Positions 22,780-32,380 of a DNA stretch of 39,386 nt are shown piece after piece (positions within the stretch are counted from its first letter, which is position 1; every line of letters begins with the position of its first letter). The DNA comes from an uncultured bacterium (GTDB taxonomy: Bacteria > Bacillota > Clostridia > Oscillospirales > Oscillospiraceae), in NCBI GenBank assembly GCA_949295195.1, contig CASFKT010000001.1, positions 1 through 39,386 on the forward strand, read 5' to 3'. Position numbers and translations under genes: made by a program. The notes beneath the pieces are model-generated. The model did no database searches, was not told the origin of the DNA, and worked only from the letters and a program-made list of their open reading frames with translations.

Positions 22780-23523
22780 ATGCCCATCATCTATCTCTCC
22801 CCCTCCACCCAGGAGGGCAACTACTACGTCAACGGCGGCACCGAGGAGGAGTACATGAACCTGCTGGCGGACAAAATGGTCCCCTATCTGGACGCCTCCG
22901 GCATCCGGTACACCCGGAACACTCCGGACATGACCGCCGCATCCTCCATCGCCGCCTCCAACGCGGGGAACTACGACCTGCATCTGGCCCTCCACTCCAA
23001 CGCCGCCCCGGAGGGCCGGTACGGCCAGGTGCGGGGAATCATCGTCTTTTACTACCCCACCAGCCAGCCCGGCCAGCGGGCCTCCACCATCATCGCCAAC
23101 AATTTAAAGTCCATCTATCCCCTGCCCAATCTGGTGCGGGCCCAGGGGACCACCACCATTGGGGAGGTGCGACGGGTGCGGGCCCCCTCCGCCTTTCTGG
23201 AGCTGGGCTACCACGACAACCTGGAGGACGCCAACTGGATCAAGGAGAATCTGGACGCGGTGGCCCGGAACCTGGTCATGTCCCTCACCGATTTCTTCGA
23301 CATTCCCTTCATGGCCCCGGAGCCCAGCCGGTCCGGCCGGGTGGACGTGGACTGGGGAGTGCTGAACATCCGCTCCCGCCCTGATCTGAGCGCCTCCATT
23401 CTGGCCCAGGCCCCGGACGGCGCCCCCCTCACCATTATGAACCAGTCGGGCGGCTGGTACCTGGTGAACTACAAGGGTACCATCGGCTACGCCAAGGACG
23501 ACTTTGTCACCCTCAACGGCTGA
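22780..23523 (+). CDS. N-acetylmuramoyl-L-alanine amidase (Amidase_3) with C-terminal SH3b
   Basis: IYLSPSTQE, LHLALHSNA, FLELGYHDN; LNIRSRP..GWYLV..GY SH3. Confidence 0.88.
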   Translation: MPIIYLSPSTQEGNYYVNGGTEEEYMNLLADKMVPYLDASGIRYTRNTPDMTAASSIAASNAGNYDLHLALHSNAAPEGRYGQVRGIIVFYYPTSQPGQRASTIIANNLKSIYPLPNLVRAQGTTTIGEVRRVRAPSAFLELGYHDNLEDANWIKENLDAVARNLVMSLTDFFDIPFMAPEPSRSGRVDVDWGVLNIRSRPDLSASILAQAPDGAPLTIMNQSGGWYLVNYKGTIGYAKDDFVTLNG

Positions 23524-23534
23524 GGAGGCACGCC

Positions 23535-24815
23535 ATGGACATTCATGTGGTGCAGCCCGGGGACACCCTCTACCGGATCGCCCAGCAGTACGGGGTCCCC
23601 ATGTCCCGCCTGCTGCTGGATAACCGGCCCCCGGACCCCAGCCGGCTGGCGGTGGGGCAGGCGCTGGTGGTCCAGTACCCCCGTGAGACCCTGATCCTCC
23701 AGCCGGGGGAGACTCTGGTCCAGGCCGCCCAGCGGGGCGGGATCTCCCTGCGCCAGCTTTTGCGGAACAATCCCCAACTGGAGGGCGGAGAAAACGCCCT
23801 CCCCGGTCAGGAGCTGGTCCTCTCCTTCCAGCAGGAGAAGGAGGGGCCCCTCTCGGTGGGCGGCTACGCCTACCCGGAGATCGACCCGGCCCTCCTGCGT
23901 CAGACCCTCCCATTCCTCACCACCATGGCCCCCTTCACCTACGGCATCACCCCCCAGGGCGGGCTCGTCCCCCTGGACGACCAGGCCCTCATCGACGGGG
24001 CCAAGTCCATGCGGGTACGGCCCCTGCTCCACCTGTCCACCCTCACCCAGGAGGGCACCTTCTCCAACGAGCTGGCCCACACCGTCCTCACCGACGGGGC
24101 GGTGCAAAACCGCCTGGCGGCCAGCCTGCTGGAGACCATTCAGCAGAAGGGGTACCGGGGGCTGGATGTGGACTTCGAGTTCGTCTACCCGGAGGACGCC
24201 GCGGCCTACGCCGCTTTCATTGCCCGCATGCGGGAGAGCCTGACACCTCTTGGGCTCCCGGTCTTCGTGGCCCTGGCCCCCAAAACCTCTGCCGACCAGC
24301 GGGGGGATCTGTACGAGGGGCACGACTACCGCCTGCTGGGGGAGGCGGCGGACTTCGTGTTCCTGATGACCTATGAGTGGGGCTATACTTACGGCCCGCC
24401 CATGGCGGTGGCCCCCCTGCGCAATGTGGAGCTGGTGGTGGAGTACGCCCTGAGCGAGATCCCGGCGGAGAAGATCTGGATGGGCATTCCCAACTACGGC
24501 TACGACTGGACCCTCCCCTTCCGCCAGGGGGACCGGGCCCAGTCCATCTCCAACCAGGAGGCGGTGTCCCTGGCTGTCCAAAACCGGGTGGCTATACGCT
24601 TCGACCAGGCGGCCCAGTCCCCCTGGTTCCGGTACGTGGACGGCCAGGGCCGGGAGCACGAGGTGTGGTTCGAGGACGCCCGGAGCATCCGCGCCAAGCT
24701 GGAACTGGCCCGCTCCCGCGGCCTGTACGGGGTGCGCTACTGGAATCTCATGCGCCCCTTCCCCCAGAACTGGGCCCTGTTGAACAGCTTATATGAAATT
24801 CCGCCGGGAGACTAA
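23535..24815 (+). CDS. LysM + GH18 spore peptidoglycan hydrolase (YaaH/YdhD-like)
   Basis: HVVQPGDTLYRIA LysM, GLDVDFE catalytic DxDxE, LMTYEWG, HEVWFED. Confidence 0.9.
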   Translation: MDIHVVQPGDTLYRIAQQYGVPMSRLLLDNRPPDPSRLAVGQALVVQYPRETLILQPGETLVQAAQRGGISLRQLLRNNPQLEGGENALPGQELVLSFQQEKEGPLSVGGYAYPEIDPALLRQTLPFLTTMAPFTYGITPQGGLVPLDDQALIDGAKSMRVRPLLHLSTLTQEGTFSNELAHTVLTDGAVQNRLAASLLETIQQKGYRGLDVDFEFVYPEDAAAYAAFIARMRESLTPLGLPVFVALAPKTSADQRGDLYEGHDYRLLGEAADFVFLMTYEWGYTYGPPMAVAPLRNVELVVEYALSEIPAEKIWMGIPNYGYDWTLPFRQGDRAQSISNQEAVSLAVQNRVAIRFDQAAQSPWFRYVDGQGREHEVWFEDARSIRAKLELARSRGLYGVRYWNLMRPFPQNWALLNSLYEIPPGD

Positions 24816-24882
24816 CCCTGTTCTGAGGCCGGCAGGCAGCCCTAAAGGTCGGGCCGTTTCCCAATTTTCAAACAGGGCCTAG
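24812..24882. repeat. Degenerate miniature inverted-repeat element
   Basis: Left ctaaccctgttctga versus reverse complement of right end ctaggccctgtttga. Right end resembles 111-128. Confidence 0.4.
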
Positions 24883-24993
24883 ATTTTTCCCGAAACTTGG
24901 GGTAAAATGCAGTATGCAAACCGGGCCCCTGGGAGCAATGGCGCTTCAGCGCCCCCAGGAGCCGGAACACTGGATACAAAGGAGAAATCACCC

Positions 24994-25386
24994 ATGTCCA
25001 TTGAAATTGGAATCAAGGGCCGGGCCGAAGACGTGGTCCGTGAGGAGAACACCGCCCAGGCGGTGGGCTCCGGCACCCTGCCCGTTTTTGCCACCCCCGC
25101 TATGACCGCCCTCATGGAGAAGGCCGCCTGGACCTCCCTGGCCCCCTATCTCGGCGAGGGTGAGAGCACCGTGGGCACCAAGCTGGGGATCACCCACGAC
25201 TCCGCCTCCCCCCTGGGGATCAAGGTGTGGGCCGAGAGTGAGGTCACCCAGGTGGACGGCAAGCGCATCGTCCTGAAGGTGGCCGCCTACGACGAGAAGG
25301 GCCTCATCGGCCAGGGCGTGCACGAGCGCTTTATCATCACCAACGACCGTTTCCTGGCCAAGGCCGGCCGGAAACTGGAGGGCTGA
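24994..25386 (+). CDS. Hot-dog-fold thioesterase (FlK-like)
   Basis: GSGTLPVFATPAMTALME, STVGT..ITH, GVHERF; aaggag RBS. Confidence 0.88.
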   Translation: MSIEIGIKGRAEDVVREENTAQAVGSGTLPVFATPAMTALMEKAAWTSLAPYLGEGESTVGTKLGITHDSASPLGIKVWAESEVTQVDGKRIVLKVAAYDEKGLIGQGVHERFIITNDRFLAKAGRKLEG

Positions 25387-25389
25387 GCC

Positions 25390-25869
25390 ATGTCCATTGA
25401 GCGTGTCCGCGCCTACTTCCAAGAGCTGGGCCGGGAGGGGGACATTCTGGAGTTCCCTGTCTCCAGCGCCACCGTGGAGCTGGCCGCCCAGGCGGCGGGC
25501 GTCATCCCTGCCCGCATCGCCAAGACCCTGTCCTTCCTGGTGGACGACGGCTGCGTCCTCATCGTGGCCGCCGGGGACGCCAAGATCGACAACCCCAAGT
25601 ACAAGGCCATGTTCCACACCAAGGCCAAGATGCTCACCCCGGAGCAGGCCCAGGAGATGACCGGCCACGCCGTGGGCGGCGTGTGCCCCTTCGCCAACCC
25701 CGAGGGGGTCAAGACCTACCTGGACGTGTCCCTCAAGCGCTTCGACACCGTTTTCCCCGCCGCCGGCAGCTCCAACTCTGCCATTGAGCTCACCTGCGAT
25801 GAGCTGGAGGAGTACTCCCACAGCCTGGGCTGGATCGACGTGTGCAAGGGCTGGCAGGAGGAGGCCTGA
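25390..25869 (+). CDS. YbaK/EbsC-family aminoacyl-tRNA deacylase
   Basis: SATVELAA, IAKTLSF, TGHAVGGVCPF, PAAGS. Confidence 0.9.
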   Translation: MSIERVRAYFQELGREGDILEFPVSSATVELAAQAAGVIPARIAKTLSFLVDDGCVLIVAAGDAKIDNPKYKAMFHTKAKMLTPEQAQEMTGHAVGGVCPFANPEGVKTYLDVSLKRFDTVFPAAGSSNSAIELTCDELEEYSHSLGWIDVCKGWQEEA

Positions 25870-25877
25870 CCCTCCCC

Positions 25878-26549
25878 CTATGCAGTTTCGCCCCTCCGCC
25901 GTTTTCTTCGGCGGAGGGGTTTCCTTTTCCCCTCAAAGCCCGCCTCCCGGATCAGGTTGGAGCACAGCCACGCCGCGGTGAGGAGCAGCGTGGGACCGGC
26001 CCCCGCTCCCACCAGAACCAGCCCCAGGGCGGCCAGCACTCCCGCCAGAAACCGGTCCAGCCACCAGCCCGCCCGCCAGGCCGCCTCCGGCCCCAGCAGC
26101 CAGGCCAGAACGCACCGGAGCACCCGCCCCCCGTCCAGCCGCCCCACCGGCAGCAGGTTGAAGCAGCACAGTACCAGATTCAGCCCGGCAAACACCCAGC
26201 ACCCAGGAAACCGGCAGAAAATCAGGGCCAACGCCAGATTGACCAGGGGCCCGGCCAGGGCGGCCAGGAGCTCCCCGCCGTAGGGCAGGGACCGGTCGGT
26301 CTCCATCTCCGCCCCCACGGCGGTGATGGACAGACGCCGCACCCGCACCCCCAGCATGCGGAGGACCAGCAGGTGGCCCAGCTCATGGAGGGAGCAGGAG
26401 AGCAGCGCCAGGGGGACGATCCCCTGGCGGTCCAGATAGTTGAGCCAGGCGGCCAGCAGAAGGAAGCCCCCGGTGACCTCCACCCTCCCCGGCCTCAGCC
26501 GGTCAAAAATTCCACGTAGTAGGCGGGATTGAGATGCAGTCCGTTCCAT
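25878..26549 (-). CDS. M50 site-2 protease, SpoIVFB-like
   Basis: HELGH, ALAGPLVN, FNLLPVGRLDGG; follows an M23 gene as in spoIVFA-spoIVFB. Start uncertain. Confidence 0.82.
   Translation of the reverse strand: MERTASQSRLLRGIFDRLRPGRVEVTGGFLLLAAWLNYLDRQGIVPLALLSCSLHELGHLLVLRMLGVRVRRLSITAVGAEMETDRSLPYGGELLAALAGPLVNLALALIFCRFPGCWVFAGLNLVLCCFNLLPVGRLDGGRVLRCVLAWLLGPEAAWRAGWWLDRFLAGVLAALGLVLVGAGAGPTLLLTAAWLCSNLIREAGFEGKRKPLRRRKRRRGETA
25890..25928 (+). terminator. Intrinsic terminator
   Basis: cccctccgccg-ttttctt-cggcggagggg-tttcctttt. Confidence 0.75.
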
Positions 26550-27487
26550 TTCACCTCCAGATGCAGGTGGGGGCCGGTGGACACCCCGGTGGAGCCCACC
26601 TCAGCCACCTTCTCCCCCGCCGCCACCACCTGCCCCTGGGAGACGCACAGCTTGCTGCAGTGGGCGTAGAAAGTTTTGATGCCGTTGCCGTGGTCAATCT
26701 GCAGGTATAGGCCGTGGTCGTCGTTCTCCCCGATGTAGTCCACGGTGCCCGCGGCGAAGGCCCCGATGGGGTCCCCGATCTGGCCGCCGATGTCCACCCC
26801 GTTGTGGAACTTGTACTCCCCGTCCACCGGGTGGTCCCGGTACCCGTACTCCGAGCGCAGATGACCAAGGATAGGGTTTACAGTCTCCAGGCCGCCCAGG
26901 GAAATGCAGTCCATGGTGTAGCCCTCCGGCAGGGGCTCGCCGCTGTAGTCCGCCTGCCACACCACAGTGCCCACCGCTGGAACGGTCTCCTCCGCCGCCG
27001 GCTCAGAGACCGGCTCCTCCGCCTGGACCTCCGTCTGAAACCACTCCTCGGGCACCTGGTCCAGGTGCAGGTAGTAGGCCGCCTGCTCCGCCGTCCCCGC
27101 CTGCTGGTTCAAAAAGTCCTGGGCTGCCTGGACCTGTACCGACGGGTCCAGAAGCTCCTCCTCCTGGGAGGGGCCGAATACCTGGACGCAGAAGTCCCCC
27201 AGCTCCCCCAAAACCGGCCCCTTTCCGGCCAGGTTCTCTCCCAGGTCCGCCAAAGCCGCCCGGAAATCGGTGTCCGAAGACAGGAGCGCCTGTAAATCCC
27301 CCTGGAGCTGGGTCAGGCGCTGGGGAAAGACTCCCTTGCCGATAAAAACCACCGCGAACAGGGCGGCACACACCGCCAGCTGCATCAGACGCACCCGCTC
27401 CCGGGCCGCGGTTCTCTGCCGCCGGTTCCCCTCCCGAACGGTATGGCCGTAAGTCCTCCGGCTGGACCGCTGGACAGATCTGTACAT
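26495..27487 (-). CDS. Membrane-anchored M23 peptidase, SpoIVFA-like
   Basis: One N-terminal TM, FHNGVD, YAHC, GPHLHLEV; gggagg RBS. Confidence 0.82.
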   Translation of the reverse strand: MYRSVQRSSRRTYGHTVREGNRRQRTAARERVRLMQLAVCAALFAVVFIGKGVFPQRLTQLQGDLQALLSSDTDFRAALADLGENLAGKGPVLGELGDFCVQVFGPSQEEELLDPSVQVQAAQDFLNQQAGTAEQAAYYLHLDQVPEEWFQTEVQAEEPVSEPAAEETVPAVGTVVWQADYSGEPLPEGYTMDCISLGGLETVNPILGHLRSEYGYRDHPVDGEYKFHNGVDIGGQIGDPIGAFAAGTVDYIGENDDHGLYLQIDHGNGIKTFYAHCSKLCVSQGQVVAAGEKVAEVGSTGVSTGPHLHLEVKWNGLHLNPAYYVEFLTG

Positions 27488-27554
27488 CTGCATCCCTCCC
27501 GTACAACGCTTCGGATAGGGTAAGGATATTCCAGGTAAGTTTGGGATATTCCTC

Positions 27555-27583
27555 TTGACAGGAGAAGGGAAAATCACTATAAT
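27555..27583 (+). promoter_or_regulatory. Sigma-A promoter of the tRNA
   Basis: Consensus TTGACA-17 bp-TATAAT. Confidence 0.9.
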
Positions 27584-27600
27584 TAGATAGCTGTCACAAT

Positions 27601-27687
27601 CGGGGTGTGGCGAAGCTTGGTATCGCGCTTGGTTCCGCTTGGTTCGGGTCCAAGAGGCCCCGGGTTCGAATCCCGGCACTCCGACCA
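27601..27687 (+). tRNA. tRNA-Pro(CGG) with a 10-bp tandem duplication (possible pseudo-tRNA)
   Basis: Acceptor cggggtg/cactccg-ACCA, D arm gcga/tcgc, anticodon arm cttgg-TTCGGGT-ccaag, T arm ccggg-TTCGAAT-cccgg. cgcttggttc occurs at 27626-27635 and 27636-27645, giving 87 nt instead of 77. Confidence 0.88.
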
Positions 27688-27688
27688 G

Positions 27689-27726
27689 AAAAGTGCTGTT
27701 TTCTTGTGAAAACAGCACTTTTTCTT
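27689..27726 (+). terminator. Island-supplied tRNA terminator
   Basis: aaaagtgctgttttc-ttgt-gaaaacagcactttt. Confidence 0.85.
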
Positions 27727-27772
27727 TACTTTTTTCTCCGAAATGCGTTATTAAAAATAGGTATCTTTGTTT

Positions 27773-27814
27773 TGACCACAGAAATACCACAGACGGATTT
27801 TAGCTTTGACCACT
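27773..27814 (+). repeat. Putative integrase arm-type sites (left)
   Basis: tgaccacagaaataccacagac and tttgaccact; near-identical to 33242-33264. Confidence 0.65.
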
Positions 27815-27904
27815 GGAAGGGCCGCCCTTTTTCAAGGGGGCCCTTCTTCTTGTTTACAGCGGCGCAGGATTTGAGGGGGTACTGTTACATCTGGTTTTGA
27901 CTTT

Positions 27905-28214
27905 TCATGATGCCCGGACGTTCCCCTCCCTAATCTCGGACCGAATTTCGTCGTAATATTTCTGTACGGTAGACCGGTCCATGTTCAGCTCTCTGGCGAT
28001 CCTGGACTTGCTGGTCACACCGGGATTCTCCCGCAGGTAGGCGGCGATGGCTTTCTTCTTGGGGCTTACCCCGTCGGGGTACTCTGTGCTGTCTCCCGAG
28101 CGCAGGGCGGCGATCTCCGCCTTCATTTCCAGGATCAGCGCTTTCAGTTTCTCCTCACACTCCTCCTCCGTACGGCCATAGACATTCCGGGAGCCATCCG
28201 GCCACACTGGGGAG
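27905..28214 (-). pseudogene. C-terminal remnant of an integrase-type protein with HTH
   Basis: SPVWPDG..RNVYGRTEEECEEKLKAL resembles an arm-binding-type domain; C-terminal HTH KSRIARELNMDRSTVQKY; located next to att with no catalytic domain. Confidence 0.6.
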
Positions 28215-28453
28215 TTGTTTTTGCCTTGCGCCAAATAAATCCATCGTCATCGCCCCTCTGTGTATTTTGATCTGGGTTCCCCTGACTACGGCCAAGGTCA
28301 GGTTTCCGAGTGCCGGAAAATCACCCTCTACTTATCAGGACACTCAGAGGCGATTTGTAAACCAAAAAATGAAAAATATTTTGAAAAATTTTGCTCCCAT
28401 CCAGTGTGGGCAGGAGCGGAGCCTGGGAACAATATAACTCAGAGAACAAAAAT

Positions 28454-28491
28454 AGTTGAGGGGCTCTGTCAAATGACAGAGCCCCTCAACT
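28454..28491. repeat. Perfect 18-bp inverted repeat over the sigma-gene stop
   Basis: agttgaggggctctgtca-aa-tgacagagcccctcaact. Confidence 0.9.
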
Positions 28492-28877
28492 GTTCGTGGA
28501 GTTTTTTCAGCCGCTTTGATACCGCCGCCTTGGACACGCCGTAGATCGTCCCGATCTCTTCCATGGTCAGATCCCTGCCATATCGGAGCTGGATGAGATC
28601 CCGGCCTGAATCGCCAATCCCGGCCTGAATCGCCAAGATCATCAACGGCTTTCCGCAGACATTCCAGCTGGAGGTTCCGGAATACAGCATCCTCCACGGG
28701 ACGCCTGACGCAGTCCGAACAGAACAGCACCGTTTCAAACTCACTTCTACTCAGGTGCCTCTGGTCCTGCTTTTCCTGCGCCTGTTCCCGTTTCCGATCC
28801 TGCTCCAGGAAGTCTGCGACCTCCTTTGGCACTGATACTTGCTGGCCACTATAGGTAATCACGACCGTGTCGTTCAT
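28469..28877 (-). pseudogene. Sigma-70 region-4 protein frameshifted by a 19-bp tandem duplication
   Basis: MNDTVV..LRKAVDDLGDSGRD continues in another frame as LIQLRYGRDLTMEEIGTIYGVSKAAVSKRL; atcccggcctgaatcgcca repeated at 28598-28616 and 28617-28635. Confidence 0.85.
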
Positions 28878-29057
28878 TTGCATCCTTTCCGCTTTCCACG
28901 GAAAGGCGCACACCCGCGCTGCCGGCACAGCGCCAAATACTGAAGACCTTCATGGAGGTTCCCTTCGTTCAGGGTGGTTGTGGTGCCCTACGAGGCCCAT
29001 GAATGTCTGAGGTCCCACCACCGGAAAGCTGCGAGTTTTAGGCTTTCGCCTGATCAT

Positions 29058-29086
29058 ATTTTAGAACAAGCGTTCCCTGCCGTCAA
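29058..29086 (-). promoter_or_regulatory. Sigma-A promoter with a LexA (Cheo) box in the spacer
   Basis: TTGACG-17-TAAAAT; GAAC-aagc-GTTC at 29064-29075. Confidence 0.7.
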
Positions 29087-29201
29087 TATTTGAATTTGCA
29101 CTTTCTCTTTGTCACGGCGGAAGGTGAATCGCCCCCTTCTGGCAGAACAAAGGATTGGGATACATAATGTACCTCAATCCTTCGTTTCAGCAGTGCAATT
29201 C

Positions 29202-31890
29202 TTAAACCAAACGCTCGGTAAACCTTTGGAAACTATCAGCTTTCATGAACTTTGCATCATTACCAAGAGCGGCAAAATGTTTTTCTCCGCACCGAATCTT
29301 TGCTTGTTCTTTAGGACGAAGATCCTTGCCCTCAATACTTCCCTTCGTTTCTACAACAAAGTAGAGTTTATTGAGTCCGTTATCCTCAATGACGACAGCC
29401 CAATCCGGGTTGTAGCTACCGAGGGGCGTGGGAACCTTGAACCAATTGGGAAGTTTGGCATATACTTTTACACTTTCATTGCTTTCAAGCTTTTCCGCAA
29501 ATCCGTGTTCCACATCGCTGTCATAGACCACATAGTCATAGACAGAACGATGGCTCTCAAACATATTTCGCTCAAGGTATCCGGTGAGTTCCTCTGAGTC
29601 AAAGAGTTCCTGGGCATAGAACTCTGTGTCCCCCAATTTTGTGTATTTGATGCCATCCACAATGAAGAGTTGCATAGTGGAACTGATCAACTTCGCTACT
29701 TGATCCATATACGCCTGGGGATTCTTTTTGAACAGATTAAGCGTCTTGCTCTCAGTCAGGATCTTTACGATGGTTCTGCGGGTCAGGCCAGTTCGATTTT
29801 GCAGATAAGTGATGATGTCAGGCAACTGCTCCGTGCCATCGGTGGTCATTACGGAGAGCCGTTGGGTTTCAGTGGTGTCCACACCGCCCTCGGACACCTG
29901 CACCTTCGCTTTGGTGTACGCCCCTACATCCAGATCCAACTGCATCTTCTCGCAGCACTGTTCTACCAGCTTTTCAGAGTCAAAATCTACCCTGTATGTC
30001 GTCTTGTATTTGATTCGATCCCAGAGTTCCTTGAATTCCTCGCTCAGAAAACGCTCTTTGTTCAGGTGAACTGTCCGCTTATCATTTGCAGGTTTGATAT
30101 TCAGGCCACTGGCAGCCTTCTTGCATACACCGGCGATGGCGTGCTTATGCTCGACCAGCTCCACTGGAACCTGCAGGGTATTCGTTTTCAGTGCAATCTT
30201 CAGCGCATCGGTCACCTTGTCCTTTTCGTCCAGGTAGCCGCACTCTTTGAATGCCTGATAGATATGTTCTGACTTCTCAGCACCCAGATAAGCCATAGAA
30301 CCGTCCGGCTGCTGAATGGGGATATTGACAAAGCTGTGGCTTTCCAGAAGGCCAAAGCGGATACCCTCATCCTGCTCATATTCTTTCTGCAAGGTTGCGG
30401 CAAACCTTTCATAACTCTCATTGGCCATGACAGTCAGCGTGTTGATAGCAAAACCATGCTGCCGCTCACCGTTCTGATTGACACATAACCGTAGGCCACG
30501 TCCAATTTCCTGACGCTTTTTAACTTCGCTTTTCGTCTCATTCAAGGTGCAGATCTGAAATACATTGGGGTTATCCCAGCCCTCCCGCAAGGCTGAGTGA
30601 GAGAAAATGAAACGGAGCTTACTGTCAAAGGACAGTAGCTTTTCTTTGTCGCGCATGATCAGATTGTAGGCCGACTCGTCTACAGCAGTAGTGCCGCTGG
30701 TGTCCTTCCACTCCTTGTCAGAGTTTCCGCCCTTCTTGTCGCCGGAAAAATATCCTCCATGCACCTCATGGGGCAGGGACTCCAAATCAATGTCCTGATC
30801 CTGAAACAGCGTCCGATACTTGGGCCGCTGGATCAGTTCCCGATAGTTCTTCTCAAACATGTCGGCGTAGATACCGTTGTGGCGCACCCCATCAGTGTCG
30901 TAATAGCGGTAGTTGGACACTTTGTCGATGAAGAATAGGCTCAGCACCTTAATGCCCCGGCGGTTCAGAGCCAGTTCCTTGTTCAGGTGCTCCTCAATGG
31001 TCTTGCGGATCTGCTGTTCCTTGATGGCCCGGTCATCAATGTCGCCCACCGCCTCACCGATCCGCAGGATCTCCGGTTTGGTGGTAAAGCTGACATACTC
31101 ATTGCCCTTCTCACAATAGATGTCGTCTACCACATAGCCGTTGTACACTTCCCGATAGCCGGACAGCTTCTCGGACAGGTCGTCCCCCTGGCGCACGGTT
31201 ACCGCTTTGCGCTTGATCGTACCCTTGACCTCACAGTCCAACTCGATTTTGGCCGTAATGGGAGACTTCTTGTTGTCCACCGACAACAGTTTCATATACG
31301 CCTTGTTGTGGTAGTCCAGGCTCTCAAAGCTGGCTACCTCGATCTGCTTTACCAACTCCAGATCAAAGGCGTCCACCGCGTCCAGCTTATATACCAAATT
31401 GTGCTTTTCCACATGGGTGGCGGAGTAACGCAGGGTACACAGGGCGTTGAGAGATTCCATCGCCTTTTTAGAGGCCGTAGCGCCTTTGCCCTCCACACTC
31501 TGGGGCTCGTCTACGATGACGATTGGATTGGTCTCTTGGATCAGGCTGATGGGGCGCATCCCGTTGAGTTTATCAATGGCCCGGTGGATAATATTGGCCT
31601 TATTTTCTTTCTCCGGATCGTCAAAGCTCTTTCGAAAGGCGGCGATATTGATGACCATAATGGAGATGTTATCATTGACAGCGAAAGAGCGTACCTCCTC
31701 CGGCTTGCTGCCATCGTAAATATAGGTGTCATAGACCACATTGTTATAGATGGTCTGGAAGTGTTCCTTGGTGATCTCCAGGGACTTGGCCACTCCCTCT
31801 TTAATTGCGATGCTTGGCACCACAATGATGAACTTTTTAAAACCGTAGGCCTTGTTCAGTTCAAAGATGGTGCGCAGATAGACATAAGTA
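29202..31890 (-). pseudogene. res: Type III restriction endonuclease Res subunit, 5'-truncated
   Basis: Homology starts at TYVYLRTIFEL (GTGK of Walker A absent); DEPQ, LRYSATH, ALREGWDNPN, QEIGRGLR and YNPDW..VETKG present. No mod gene nearby. Confidence 0.88.
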
Positions 31891-31999
31891 ATGGAATCAA
31901 AATAAAAGTGATTGTAACGCACCAGAAGCCCCATTTATATGGCGCTCGTCTTATATGCTGTGTAATACTTTCACATAGCTCCTTTAATTTCTCATTCAT
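31891..31999 (-). pseudogene. N-terminal fragment of an AT-rich probable membrane protein
   Basis: MNEKLKELCESITQHIRRAPYKWGFWCVTITFILIPL starts right after the DUF4391 stop and joins res out of frame. Confidence 0.5.
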
Positions 32000-32001
32000 T
32001 T

Positions 32002-32155
32002 TTATTTACCCGAGTTCTCCAATTTCTTGATCTTCATATTCAGCTCCACTTTCCGGCTGAACTGGGTCTCCTTTTTCAGCTCCACCCGCAGGGCTGCGAT
32101 CTCCTTCTCCACCCGCTCCCGCTGGGCCAGGAGCTACCGGGCCTCGCCGCCGGTC
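32002..32155 (-). pseudogene. C-terminal fragment of a DUF4391 protein
   Basis: LLAQRERVEKEIAALRVELKKETQFSRKVELNMKIKKLE, preceded by an in-frame TAG. DUF4391 genes commonly precede type III mod-res. Confidence 0.7.
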
Positions 32156-32380
32156 AACTTGTCTCTGAGACCTTCTTGAAACAGATCTTCTTTCTTACAA
32201 CAGAACTTTTCGCTGCAAAACTTCCTGATTTTATCATAGTATAACATAACATCCGCAATGAATCTACCAAAGGATTTTTGAATTTCATTTTATTTCCAGA
32301 CGGACACATCCGGTTAGCTGCTCTCCCTAATTGAAACCATTCCGGTCACCACTGGCTCCGTACTCACAGAATAAAATGTA

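Noticed and set aside
27488-27790. Upstream extension of the M23 ORF, and ORFs 27607-27900, 33081-33422 and 33350-33649
   Set aside because: They translate the tRNA/att sequence and are not plausible proteins.
29202-31934. Functional type III restriction-modification system
   Set aside because: No methyltransferase in the island and Res lacks the Walker A GTGK.
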